A DNA stretch of 64,000 nucleotides, taken from NCBI GenBank assembly GCA_950097015.1, contig CATNEN010000012.1, forward strand, positions 1,488,001-1,552,000, in the 5' to 3' direction. Position 1 is the first letter of the stretch, and the number at the start of each line of letters is the position of its first letter. The stretch is from Macrostomum hystrix (Eukaryota; Animalia; Platyhelminthes). Below, piece after piece: positions 1 through 12,559 of this stretch. Made by a program: the position numbers and the translations under genes. The notes beneath the pieces were generated by a model, which ran no database searches, was not told the origin of the DNA, and saw only the letters and a program-made list of their open reading frames with translations.

Positions 1-3000
1 CGAATTCGGCGACTGTCGACGACGGCAACAAAGAGTTCTCTAGCGTCTGTGTCGGCGTTGAACAGCTTAGCTGAACTCTGCCAGCGAATTGTGGAATCGA
101 GCCGACAGTTGCGCGACATGAAACCCGAGGCGGTGAGTTCATGTGTTTGCGAATGATTAGCCTCTCATTTGGCTACCTGATTAGCCTCTCATTTGGCTAC
201 CTGATTAGCCTCTCATTTGGCTACCTGATTAGCCTCTCATTTGGCTACCTGATTAGCCTCTCATTTGCCTACCTGATTAGCCTCTCATTTGGCTGCCTGA
301 TTAGCCTCTCATTTGGCTACATGATTTTTTATTAGCTTCTTATTTAGCTACGTGCCAATGCCGATTGTCCTTCTGTCTCCGCAGACTGATAACAAAGAGC
401 GCTACGATCGTCAGGTCAGTCAAATTCAACGCCTGAAGCGCAAGGCCCTGTCCGATCTGTTCAAAGCGCTGCTAAAATCCGGCCTGTCTTATCGCAAAGG
501 CCGCACCGGAGCTGCCGCAGCAGCAGCCATGGCTAGTGTGGACGAGCACCGAGGCCAGCTGTTCAGCTTTGCCACGTTTGACGGCCGCGAAAGGTTCGTT
601 TCTAATTAATTTTAGGGGCCTTATTGACCCTATCCAATCGGACCATTCAGAAGCCGGGGTTTGAGGACTGGAGTGAACACCAATCAGAAACCGGGGTTTG
701 AGGACTGGAGTGAAGACCAATCAGAAGCCTGGATTTGAGGACTGGAGTGAAATACCAATCAGTAGCCTGGGTTTGAAGACTGGAGTGAAAGACCAATCAG
801 AAGCCTGGGTTTGACGTTAGGGTTGGAAAAGATGGAGTATCTGGATTTCTGATAGGGTGCTATTGATTGCAGCCTGGCTGGCCAACATCTGCTCCGTGCG
901 ATGCATCGTCGACTAGCGATGACGTCAACCTTGACTAGCGGCTCCTGCACCAAGGAGCTGGGACCCGACGGTATTGAACGATGCGACGGCTTCTCATTGC
1001 ATCTGCAGCGTCTCCTAGCTGACCATTGCAGCCTGCTGGCTGGTCACTTCGCCAGTTTTGGTCGTCTGGTCAGCGCCGCCAAAGTCGCCGCCACGGCCAT
1101 CCAAGAAGATGGCAGCCCCGCAGTGCCGGCTACCCCGCGACGTCAGCTGGCGCTGCGACGTCTTGGCGCCGCCTGCGACACCGTGGTGCGCCAGTGGGCC
1201 GCCTTCTTTGACGACCTGCCGCCTACGCTGGACGAGCAGGTGAAGAGCTTTTCAAATCTATCAAGCGATAATGCTAAGCGGGATCCCTTTATCCCTAACC
1301 TGACAACTTGTTACTATCTCAAAATGGGATTGTAGCCTAGTGGTTAGAGCGTCGGACTCACGACTTGAAGGTCGGGGGTTCGTTTCCCGACTCCACTGGA
1401 ACAGTTTCTGTCCATTTACAAAGTAGCAAGACACTTAGCTCTGCATTGCTTCAGTTCACCCAGCTGTTAAATGGGTACGAGCATTAGCTGGAGTAATTGA
1501 TCAATTATGAGGGTGGGTGTGGCGTCCTCCCAGTCCATGGACTGAACAGCCGTACGCAGCCTTCAGATGCGCCGAGCAAAAGCTGCGGCTGTGCTGTCGG
1601 CTGCACATCTGACCTAATTGGGCTAGATGTAATATATTTTTTTTATTAATATCTGAATTTTTATTTAGGATAACAACTGCGCCATACCCAGGGACTTTTT
1701 GTTAAAAATCCCAATTTAGATGAAAACTTACTATGAATTCTATACGCTCTAAAATGTAAACATTCCAGGCCTGTCCTGCCTATGTCAAGCCGTCCGCCGC
1801 TGCCGACCTTCTTCGTGCACCGACCGCTGCTGCAACGGACGCCAGCAACTGCGCCCCTGATTGGCTGCCTGGCGCACTTCGTCAGCTGGCCGACTTGCAC
1901 CGCCGTCAGGACGGTCGAATGCTGGCAAATCCCTTCAACCAGCTGGCTGAATCCATTGAGGCTGCCAGGCTGTCGGGCTCAGCTTTGCCCGACTCTGCGG
2001 CTGGCGGAGCTTCTGAGTCGGCTATCGTGGCAACAGCCGCAGAGTCTGTAGTCAAATTAGTGCTGTCCTGCTCTCAGGCTTTTGTTAAAACTGGCCAATC
2101 ATCTTCAACTAGTGCGCCAGCCAATCAGGACGATGCCGATGCTGATCCTCCTGTACCAATCGTTGCCGGCCCGTTGGCCAGTCTGTCCGAATTGCACCGC
2201 GCACTAGCTTTGCCTGCTCTGGTGTCCGCTGCCGAGCGTTTAGTTGACCTACTCGATACTTCATCAATGCTCACTGACGGGCCCTGTGCCGCAGCCGCTG
2301 CTGCCGCCTCTGGCCCACTGCTGGCCTTCCTCGAGCACCTGTACGCGCCCTACCTGGCTGCCTGTGTGTCGGCCCTGCGCCGCATAGCTCAGCTCTGGTC
2401 TCTGTTGAATGCCGTATTTCATGACCTGCTGGCTAACGGCTATTGCCGACCGCCGCCATTCGCTGAAGAGGACGACAACCCCGCTGCGGACGGCGCGCAC
2501 GGCCGTCAATTCAAAGACGTCGCTGGCGGCGGCCTTGGCGAAGGCGAAGGCGCCACGGATGTCAGCGAGCAGATTGAATCCGAGGACCAGCTGGAAGGCC
2601 TGAAGGGCGACAAGGAGGGCGAAGATGAGGACAAGGGCGACATCGAAGAGCAGCCGGATGGCATTGAGATGTCCGACGACTTCAACGCCAAAATGTTTGA
2701 CGACAAGGAGAAATCCAACGAGAACGAAAAAGATCAGGAGGAGGAGGATAAAAAGCCCGACGCTGAAGAGGATCTAGACCGTCAAATGGCCGACTTGGGC
2801 GACGCTGAGGCTGACGACATTGATAGGAACTTCTGGGGCGAAGAGGAAGACGAGAAGGATGAAAAGGACGGCGCCGGTAATGAGGAAGAGAATAATAAGA
2901 AGCGGGAAGAGACCGGGCCTGGCGTCGCGGCCGAAAACGAAGAGGCCTCGGCAGTCGGCGTGGACGAGAAGGATCAAAAATCGAAGCCCAAGGATGAGGA

Positions 3001-5935
3001 AGATGGCAAACAGAGAGCGAAGAAGAGGGGCGAGGAGACTGGCCAGGATGAGGAAGAATTGGACGAGGACGACGATGAGGCATCTAAGCTTCCAGACGAC
3101 GCCAAGGCAGCTGATCCGGCGGCAGAAGCGCCTTTCGAGCTCCCGGAAGGCCAAATCGACGACGACCAGCAAGGGGATGGCGACGCTTCGGATAACAATT
3201 GCGAGGATCGCGACAATGACACCGGAGACGATGATGGCGACAAGGAGGAGCTGCAGAAAGACGGAGCTACGGCTGAGCCCATGGATGTTGATGAGGAGTC
3301 CAATGAGTCTCCGGATCAGCTGGATCAGGAGGATGCCTGGCTTCCCGACTCGACGGAAGCGGCTGAGCAGCAGCAGCAGCAGGCGGCGCCGGATGAGAAT
3401 GAAAGTGAGGCCAATGCAACCGGTGCTAGCGGAGGCGGCGGCCGCGGTGCCAACGCCCAGGAGCAGACGGCGGCGGCACACAGTCAGCAGCAGCAGCAGC
3501 AGCACTCGATAGACAATTCAAACTCCACAGCCGGTCAGCACCAGTCGTCGTCTAACGCAGCCCCCGACGCTCCTGACAATGACGCCGAGGACGAGAACAA
3601 TCGGAGAAGTCAAAGCTGGCGTCGGCAACAGCTGGACGAGGCCGAGGTCGGCAACAATCGGCAGTCGCAGCGTCGTCGGCGGCAGCAGCCAGCAACAGAG
3701 GAGGCTCAAAGTCGCCGGACCAACGTAGACGATCGAGCGCCTGGTCACGACAAAGACAAGCCGAAGAAACGTCGGGCCGACCTAGTGGAAGCCGGCCCTG
3801 TCGTCAATGACGAGGATGATGTCGGTGAGACTAAGCCCGACGTCGAAGCCGATGCTTATCAGCACATTGCTCCAGATGACAGCCCTGAGGACGGCAAGAA
3901 GCCGATGGAAGACGCCGAAGCTCTGGACAGCGCCGGCCGGGATCACAATCGGGCTCGCCTGGGCTCCGAGGACGAGGACGAACAGAAGCCAGACGAGAAT
4001 GAAAGGCTTGATGACAAGCTGGAGCCTGACGATGACGACGACTCGGCATCTGCTGATAAGCAGAAGCAGCCGCCGCGACAACTTCAACAGCAGCGACATC
4101 GGCGCTCTGAAATTCGCCCGGACGGCGAGCTGGCAACCTCGGAGGCGTCCCCGCCGGAGAGGCCGCCATCGCCGAGCCGGCCAGAGGAGCTCCGGGCTAC
4201 GTCGCAGGCGGAGCGCGGGCCGGCTTTTTTCACCTCCACCGCGGCCTCCTCGCAATCGGCGTCTGATGGTCGGCTTGGCCTCAATATGTCCGTTGCGCCT
4301 TCGCCAGCATCGATGATGACAGTAACAGAAGCTGGACCGCCGGCTTCGTCCGCCCTGCTGGCCTGGGCCGAGTGCCAGCGACGCACCGAGCCGCTCAGTC
4401 GCCAACTGGCCGAGCAGCTGCGCGCAGTGCTGCAGCCGACCCGAGCGTCTCGTCTTCAAGGCGACTATCGCAGCGGCCGGCGGTTGAATATGCGCAAACT
4501 GGTGCCCTACGTGGCTAGCCAGATGCGGAAGGACCGAATCTGGCTCCGGCGCAGCAAGCCTAGCCGGAGGGAATATCAGGTTTGCTTTTGTCACGACCAA
4601 TTTTTGGGTCATAAATGATTCCGGTTTATAAGTAGAAAATATGGCCCGATTTAAGTGTGAGTGGGTGTACACTGCCTGACGATGAGAGAAAGTCAGGACA
4701 GATGTACACACCTGTGTGAGTTTGTGTGCTCAGGAGTCAGCGGAATGGGCCTTGCTGGCTGCGGGTCTACTGTCTCCAACATTACCCGCACCCTCCTGCA
4801 GTTATTATTTTATTACGTGTCGATATTGTGACAGCTTATCGGGTAGGAAATATTGTTGATGCTGGTCAGATTTTCGCACAGGACTCCCTGTACAATTCGT
4901 AGGTGCTCTTAGCCATTGACGACAGCCAGTCGATGCTGGCAAATCGGGCCGACAGATTCACCATCGACTCGCTGGCTGTGCTAGCGGGCGCTCTCAACAC
5001 TATCGAATCCGGCCAGTTGGCTGTGTGCAAATTCGGCGCCCAGCCCGCCGAGCTGCTGCACCCGTTGGATCAGCCGTTCACGGCCGAGGCCGCCTCCGGG
5101 GTCGCCGCTCGCCTCACCTTCCAGCAGACGGACACTAAACTCATGCAGGTTAGTTCGAATATTAAATAGTAGGGCCAGACATGCAGCCGCAGCTATTGCG
5201 TGGTGCATCTGAAGGCTGCGAACGGCTGTTCAGTCCATGGACTGGGGGGACGCCACACCAACCCTCAATTATATCAGCTGATGCTGGCACCCATTTTAAC
5301 AGTTGGATGAACTGAAGCAATGCAGAGTTAAGTGTCTTGCTAAAGGACACAAATTGTTCCAGCGGTGTCGGGAATCGAACCCTAGACCTTCATGTCGTGA
5401 GTCCGATATGGAAGCTGTGTCCTAGAGAAATTAAATCCAGATTTGGGTAGAAGTCGCGGCTCGGTGACCTCTAATTAATATTCAATAAATCGCAAACCCT
5501 GAAACTATCTGCTTGCTTCAAGTAGGATAATGGCCTAACCAAACTGCCAACCCGCAGCTGCTGCCTCTGGCCACGCAGCTTCTTGCCGAGTCGCGCACCG
5601 GCAGCGCCGCCCAGCTGCTGCTAGTGCTGACAGACGGCACCTTCTCTGATCATATGCATCCGGGCGTTGAGCGCTGCATTCGACTAGCCAGGGAAGCTCG
5701 CATCTTTCCTGTGTGCGTCATTCTGGACAGTCCGGCCGGCCGAGCCTCCGTCTACGACATTCGTTCGCAGCAGTTTGTGCGCGACGCTCAGGGCGCGCGA
5801 CGCGTCACCCTGGTGCCCTACCTGGATTTGTTTCCCTTCCCATTTTACCTGGTGGTTAGGGATATCGCGCACCTGCCGAACGTTCTCAGCGAAGCGTTGC
5901 GACAATGGTTCGAAGTTGTTAACGCCGCATTCTGA
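1..5935 (+). CDS. MDN1: Midasin (AAA-ATPase, 60S biogenesis), C-terminal part; 5' end lies outside the window
   Basis: Exons <1-132, 385-593, 873-1239, 1769-4579, 4903-5148 and 5558-5935, all GT-AG and phase-consistent. Motifs: KRKALSDLFKALLKSGLSYRKG, KELGPDGIERCDGFSLHL, a long D/E-rich region, RLQGDYRSGRRLNMRKLVPYVASQMRKDRIWLRRSKPSRREYQ, VWA/MIDAS IDDSQSM...LTDG, and the terminus FPFPFYLVVRDIAHLPNVLSEALRQWFE. Confidence 0.96.
154..325. repeat. 24-bp minisatellite (TGATTAGCCTCTCATTTGGCTACC) x~7 in an MDN1 intron
   Basis: Directly visible tandem units starting about 21 nt after the donor at 133. Confidence 0.95.
633..815. repeat. 37-bp minisatellite (CCAATCAGAAGCCGGGGTTTGAGGACTGGAGTGAAGA) x~4.5 in an MDN1 intron
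   Basis: CCAATCAG recurs at 680 and 717 (period 37); the flanking units are degenerate. Confidence 0.9.
1326..1640 (+). mobile_element. tRNA-derived SINE family 1 (CORE-like), copy A
   Basis: tRNA-like head with A box TAGCCTAGTGG and B-box-like GGTTCGTTTCC. The body GCAAGACACTTAGCTCTGCATTGCTTCAGTTCACCCAGCTGTTAAATGGG resembles the MIR/CORE domain as recalled. Related copies at 5165-5410 and 30305-30547. Confidence 0.88.
4655..4812 (+). mobile_element. tRNA-derived SINE family 2, 5'-truncated copy
   Basis: GTGTACACTGCCTGACGATGAGAGAAAGTCAGGACAG...GCTGGCTGCGGGTCT...CCCTCCTGCAGTTATTATT matches the 3' half of the copies at 13590, 36815 and 38646. Confidence 0.85.
5165..5410 (-). mobile_element. 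tRNA-derived SINE family 1 (CORE-like), copy B
   Basis: Reverse-complement match to 1326-1640, including GGTTCGATTCCCGAC and CAGTCCATGGACTGAACAG; lies in an MDN1 intron. Confidence 0.88.
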
Positions 5936-7224
5936 GGACCTTACTTGCAGTAGTCTAAATGGTTTCATTTACTGTTCAGGATTTTTAAACAATTGTGCCT
6001 ATTGTTCTTTCGCGGCTATTCGATTATGCAACTATTTTGCACTTCCTAACAACTTTTGGCATTTTTCACAAGTTCTTGACCTTGTGCTTTTCGCTTAAAC
6101 GGCTCGATTATTTTTTGGTCTAGGCATTTATTAAGGTTGCAGAGTAACAATATTAACAGTTTGCCTTCTAGTTGACGCTCCGTGCCGTGCTTGAATTTTT
6201 CGCCTCACTTCAAAGTTGCACTTTGAACTTTGTACTAGTTAACTGTCTAATAAACCTATTATTGACAAACGAAGTTTGAAGCAGAGATGCAATTATCTTC
6301 CTGGATAAAAAATTGTTTTGCAATAGATGTTTTACTTTATTAAATTAAATTAATTTAAATGTGTAACTATTCTTCCATATGGGTAAAGCACCCATAAGTT
6401 CACTAAAAACCGACAGTCTCGTGATTTCACGTGAAACTATAATTTTTCAAGACTGTAGCCCGCATCTCGAACACATACTTTCGGTTCGAAGCGACTACAG
6501 CGTGGGGGCGCAGGCACCTCGATTAGGTCGCGAGGCCCTTAATTGCAACGGCAAAGTGCTAAACCAAGTTATTAGGGCTACCTAAGCAATTAATCTTTGC
6601 GTGTCCAAAAAATTAAAAATAGTAACTTGTGAGAGAAAGGCCCTTTTGTTTAAGATTTGGAGTTGCAGCGAAAAATTTATGCTGCATTGCGCGTATATTT
6701 GTATGAAGAAAAAGCGCGAGCGCGAGATAGAGGGGCATAAGCAGGTTGCAAAGTAGGTGGCGTGACAGTCTTCGCCAAAACCCTGGCTTAGCGAGTCGGC
6801 GGGCTAGTTGGACCAACCCAACCTCAACTATAGACTGAGGTTGAAGGGTTTTTAGTGAGGCTGCACTGGCGCTGGTCGGTCGAGTATTTAGTCAGTCGCA
6901 ACAAAGAAAAGTATTGTCAGGTTTAGACGAAACTATTTCGTGGTCTAATAAGTAAAACAAACAAAGTCGCTCTTGTCAACTTTTACAAATAATAGTGCAG
7001 TTTTAGTGTAACTTGTATGCGTAAATACTTTTTTAAAAATAATAACATTCCTTCAAGTTTTCGTTACCAAATATTTAAATTACGCTCTACCCAGGAAATT
7101 GAATTAGTGCAGTGAACAGCTGAGCTACAATTTAAGTTGTGGCTTAGGTTTAGGTCGTGAACCGGCCTTTGTCGCAGATTTACTAATAAAGCGTATCGAT
7201 ACGAAAATACTTTACCTGGTCAAA

Positions 7225-10200
7225 ATGGCAAATAGACTAGTAAGGTAAGGTTTACTCATTCGTATATTATTTTTTCGTTCCTGCTATGCAGTTTATAAAA
7301 TATCTGTATGTCTTCTTGTGTTACTATTTAATAGTGAACAAAATTTTTGTATCTATACGAATTCGAATCCGATTTCCGCAAGTGGCTTTATTAAGTTGAA
7401 TTATCAAGCTCAATAGTTTAGATTTTTTCACTATATTGGCTTGAAAATTGCACTAGCTACCATTTGCACTTATTTATTCTTAAAAGCACCTTTCAGATAA
7501 TATGGTATTAACTTAACTGAAACTATGAACCCAAAATGTATATTTTTATTGAATTTTCGATATACTTATACAAATGTCACTTCTTCATGTTCAGGGCCCT
7601 TTCTATTCAGGTATTGTAGGAAATTCAGAACAAATACATAATGAGACATAACATATGAAATATATTTGTATTCTACTAGTATAAGGATTACTACTAGAAT
7701 TAGATTATAATTAGAAACAGTAATAGGAATAGGAATCATAAAAAATTGGTCAGCACATTTGCTTAAACAACAATAAGACCACTTTTTCATGGAGTGCATT
7801 TTTGTATATTAGTTAAAATATGTTTTTCATAGTTTTTAATATACAAAAGCAAACCTAATGACAAAGTAAAAAAACTAAGTGAAATTATAAATGTAGGCCT
7901 ATTACTCATCACATTACTCATCATCACATCAGATAACTGAGACTATTTATGATAATTACCCATAAGCTTTTGTTTCTTTGAAAATTAAATTAAATATGTT
8001 TAATACTTCACAATATTTCGTTCTATTTGATAACTATTTGAAAATTAAAACAAAAGTACATCTACATAAAATACTGCACATTTGTTTTCATAGCCTCTAC
8101 CTGGTCACATGGAATGTGGGTGACAAAGGCCCACCATCTGACAACCTAAAAGAGCTACTTAACCAACACACAGATGCCAAACCTGATGTTGTGGCTATTG
8201 GGTAAGTCTGCACACAAAAATTGACAAATATGTCTATTAATATGTTGTAGATTATTAACAGTGGGACTAACAAGCAATTTTGCAGCCCATTTTTATGGGC
8301 CCCAAGGGGAGGCATTTTGAACGAAACACGAAACTCAAGAACACATGCCAAATTTTCGTTGTGCATATTCTGAAACAATAATCAAGTTGCCAGTCCTTCA
8401 GACCGTCGAGATATTCATCGGTTCTGGCCGAAGGTCATATTTTTCCCATTAGAGCTAGTGTATTTCATACACACCTATACACGAATTTGCACTGCGCCTC
8501 AGTGCGGCCTTGCCAGGCTTTCAGACTTTATCAGCATGTCACCCGAATGTGCCTGCATCATCTCCGTCTTCGATGGTCACCTACCTTTATGTAGACGGTC
8601 AGACGGAGCTGCTGGACCTTCAAAGGTTGGCACCAGCCAAGCAGCGTTCCGTTCTGGTGCAGCACAAATAATTGTCAGGGAAGACTCCCTCCTGTTTCAA
8701 AAGCCCCTTAATCATGAGACAAATATATTACAGCTTAAAAATAAGCTTGAATGAATTCTGCATGCATGGCAATAATTTAAGCGCTGACTTCATATTTCAA
8801 ATATTAAAATGGCAAGGTTTTGACTCGATTGGACCTTAAGGTCTAAAATAATTCCTTGGTCCAATAAATCACTGATAATTAGCTGCTTATTAACTAATTA
8901 TTTATTTTTCCGATGGCAGTCTGCAGGAGGCCAAGAAGGAGGCTGAATGGCTGGACGCCTTCCGCCGTGTGCTGCTACCCAGGGGCTACGTCCTGGTCAA
9001 GCAGCGCTCATTGTGGGCCATCCATCTGTTTGTGTTTGTCATGCGCAACCACCTGGTTGCCGTGCAGAATATCGAGTCGGAGGTCACGCGATCCGGCTAC
9101 GGCGGTGTCATGGTGAGGTCGCGGTCCGGATGACAAGCTTAGATTCGTATGGCGGCACTGAAACCTATAGCTACTACTAATGCCTGGACCTATATATACA
9201 ATGTACCCTTACGTTGTACAGTACAGCAATCGTGCTACGAACTATATGTACCCTATACCAAATAACGTCTAACTGTTCACAATAGTATATAGCTGTACAC
9301 AATAACATCTAGTTGTACATAATAATATCTAGCTGCACATTATAATGTGTCTCAGTACCAAATTACGTCCAGCTTTACAGAATAATATTTAGAATTGCAC
9401 AATAACTCTTGTACTCTATGACACTTGTAAACTATTACATCAGTACATTATAACAAAATGAATGACTTATGCATACAACAACAATATACTGAATTACTCA
9501 GGGCAACAAAGGTGGCGTGAGCATTCGCATGGATCTGTACGGAGTGAACTTCATCATTGTTAACGCCCACTTTACTGCTCACATTACTGAGAATCACGAA
9601 CGAATTGAAGACTTCATGGATATCATTGAGAATCAAAAGTTCAAGGATAGCGACGTTGAGAAGCTTCTAGACCACGATTTTGTGTTCTGGATTGGCGACC
9701 TGAACTTTCGCATCAACGATCTAGACAATGACCTAGTGCAGCGCAAGATAGAACAGAAGAGTTACGCTGAACTGCTGAAGCACGACCAGCTCATGATCAG
9801 TAAGGATGCTGGCCTTATCTTTGCCCGCTTCCATGAGGGACCGATTAACTTTCCGCCTACCTACAAGTACGACAAGAATACAGACAGGTGCGTAGATAGA
9901 GAATAGGAGATGATCGATTGGCTGTTTTGCTAATCCTATTGCTGATTGATCCTTCCTCTAATCTGATTGTCGATTGGCTGTTTCCCTACTCCCATTTCTG
10001 ATTGGCTGTTTCCCTACTCCCATTTCTGATTGGCTGTTTCCCTACTCCCATTTCTGATTGGCTGTTTCCCTACTCCCATTTCTGATTGGCTGTTTCCCTA
10101 CTCCCATTTCTGATTGGCTGTTTCCCTACTCCCATTTCTGATTGGCCGTTTCCCTAATCTGATCCATGATTGGCTGTTCCACTGATAATAGTGAATAAGT

Positions 10201-12559
10201 TGGCAATTGGCTACTCCTCCACGCGCGCAGGTATGACACTTCGTCAAAGCAACGCAAGCCAGCGTGGACAGACCGCATTCTGCACCTGATCAACGAGGAC
10301 AACTTTGAGAATCTGGTGCTGAGCATCGATCAGCAGTGGTACCGCCACCTGCCACAGTACAGAGCCTCCGATCATCGGCCCGTGTGCTCCCTCTACCACC
10401 TGAAGGTGTTCGATCGAGCGCCCCGAATGCCGGTTGTCATGGAGACGGATCCGGTGTATCACGTGCACCAGAAGGAGAACTGCAAGCTGCAGTTGCGCTA
10501 CCGCATCAATCACAGGTGCAAGCAGCGCTTCCAGCCAGACAGCTGGGACTGGATCGGCCTGTTCGATGAGGCCATGCCGGACTTCGCCTCGGCGCTGTCC
10601 AAGGCCTACGCGCCGTCCACCGACGCCGAGGACACCGACTTTGGCGTCGACGCCACCCTGGACTTGCCGACTAATCTGCAGTCTGGCCTCTACCGTCTGG
10701 TGTACTTCAGCACCAAGAAGAACTGCCCGGTTGGCTACAGCGACCCAATCAAGATCTTCGCCGAGAGGCAGCGCGCTCCTGTCAGCATCACGGCCGACTG
10801 CGAGTACCGCGGACCTGGCCGACTGCGCTTCACTTACACTGTGCATCACAGCTGCAAGCAGGCCTTCTCGCCTAACGCTGCCGACTCTCTTCGTCTGGCT
10901 GCTGACGAATCTCCTTCGAATGCAAGCAGCATCATGGAGGTTCGCGTGCCGACGGCCGACACCGAGGCCACCGGATTCGGTGTTGAGGCCGGCTTCGACC
11001 TCACCGGCGTGGAGCCTGGCAACCGTCGCCCCGGAGCCTACCGGATCCTGTACTTTAGCAGCGAAAAGATATCCGTGGTTGGCTGCAGCGAGCGGTTTAA
11101 GGTCAGTCAGTATTCGACATTAGCCTGCAACGGATGGGGAATTGGGGATTGCACTGTCACACTGCTTCATCCAGCTTCTCAGATTGCACTGTCACACTGC
11201 TTCATCCAGCTTCTCAGATTGCACTGTCACACTGCTTCATCCAGCTTCTCAGATTGCACTATCACTCATCCAGCTGCTCAGATTGCACTGTCACTCACTC
11301 ATCCAGCTGCTCAGATTGCACTGTCACTCACTCATCCAGCTGCTCAGATTGCACTGTCACTCACTCATCCAGCTGCTCAGATTGCACTGTCACTCATCCA
11401 GCTGCTCAGATTGCACTGTCACTCATCCAGCTGCTTAGATTGCACTGTCACTCATCCAGCTGCTCAGATTGCACTGTCACTCACTCATCCAGCTGCTCAG
11501 ATTGCACTGTCACTCATCCAGCTGCTCAGATTGCACTGTCACTCATCCAGCTGCTTAGATTGCACTGTCACTCATCCAGCTGCTCAGATTGCACTGTCAC
11601 TCACTCATCCAGCTGCTCAGATTGCACTGTCACTCACTCATCCAGCTGCTCAGATTGCACTGTCACTCATCCAGCTGCTCAGATTGCACTGTCACTCATC
11701 CAGCTGCTCAGATTGCACTGTCACTCATCCAGCTGCTCAGATTGCACTGTCACTCATCCAGCTGCTCAGATTGCACTGTCACTCATCCAGCTGCTCAGAT
11801 TGCACTGTCACTCACTCATCCAGCTGCTCAGATTGCACTGTCACTCATCCAGCTGCTCAGATTGCACTGTCACTCATCCAGCTGCTCAGATTGCACTGTC
11901 ACTCACTCATCCAGCTGCTCAGATTGCACTGTCACTCATCCAGCTGCTCAGTTTGGACTGTCACTCATCCAGCTGCTCAGATTGCACTGTCACTCACTCA
12001 TCCAGCTGCTCAGTTTGGACTGTCACTCACTCATCCAGCTGCTCAGATTGCACTGTCACTCACTCATCCAGCTGCTCAGATTGCACTGTCACTCACTCAT
12101 CCAGCTGCTCAGATTGCACTGTCACTCACTCATCCAGCTGCTCAGTTTGGACTGTCACTCACTCATCCAGCTGCTCAGTTTGGACTTATGATTTCCATTC
12201 TGTAAATTCTTGACCTTTTCTTAAGTGGCTTGGCTGCAACTCTTATCCATCAAAGCCTTAGCATTGCTAGCTCGTGGCTCTTGTGTTTGCTCTTAAAGCC
12301 ACTTTCTTCTTACTCTCTCTAAGCTCTTCTTTTAGCCAAAGTCTGCTTGCACCCTAGCCTAAGGCAATTAATATTTGCTAAATAGTCTGCACTTAATCCT
12401 GACAGTCATTTATTTCGTGTCTAGTCTAGTCAAGAGACCCTAAATTATGCGATCTAGGAGTATATATTAGACTATAAACAAGTGAAATATAACGACCAAC
12501 AAGTTCTTTTCTTTCGTTCTTTCTTTCAGATTAGCTGGTCCGTTGGCAGTGAAGTTTGA
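7225..12559 (+). CDS. INPP5K: Type II inositol polyphosphate 5-phosphatase, INPP5K/INPP5J (SKIP/PIPP) family, ~535 aa, with two SKICH-like domains
   Basis: Exons 7225-7244, 8094-8201, 8920-9112, 9502-9887, 10231-11101 and 12530-12559 total 1608 nt in frame. Motifs: LVTWNV, VAIGLQE, GNKGGVSIR, NAHFTAH, FWIGDLNFR, PPTYKYD, KPAWTDRIL, YRASDHRPV, and SKICH-like WDWIGLF...GLYRLVYFS...VGYSDP. Confidence 0.92.
9260..9410. repeat. Decayed ~20-bp minisatellite (AATAACATCTAGCTGTACAC-like) in an INPP5K intron
   Basis: Several imperfect units are visible by eye. Confidence 0.6.
9960..10175. repeat. 28-bp minisatellite (CTGATTGGCTGTTTCCCTACTCCCATTT) x~7 filling an INPP5K intron
   Basis: Near-perfect tandem units between the donor at 9888 and the acceptor at 10230. 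Confidence 0.95.
11145..12186. repeat. 29/33/34-bp minisatellite (ATTGCACTGTCA[CTCA]CTCATCCAGCTGCTCAG) in the last INPP5K intron
   Basis: More than 30 units of mixed length, starting about 45 nt after the donor at 11102. Confidence 0.97.

Noticed and set aside
1326-1396. tRNA-like sequences at SINE heads (also near 13860-13933, 30480-30547 and 38646-38720)
   Set aside because: Acceptor and anticodon stems are imperfect and each continues into a shared SINE body, so they are not tRNA genes.
2264-4711. Multiple antisense and alternate-frame ORFs over the large MDN1 exon
   Set aside because: Shadow ORFs of a GC-rich coding exon with no independent motifs. The same applies to those over the Gypsy and LINE ORFs.
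8260-8876. Possible Tc1/mariner-like remnant bounded by CAGTG...CACTG in an INPP5K intron
   Set aside because: The terminal match is only 5 bp, with no TA TSD on both sides and no transposase similarity.
10316-12213. 629-aa ORF running from the INPP5K exon through the 29/33-bp array, plus overlapping repeat ORFs
   Set aside because: A good donor at 11102 and a downstream exon at 12530 explain the gene. The extension is translated minisatellite, and retention would need transcript evidence.
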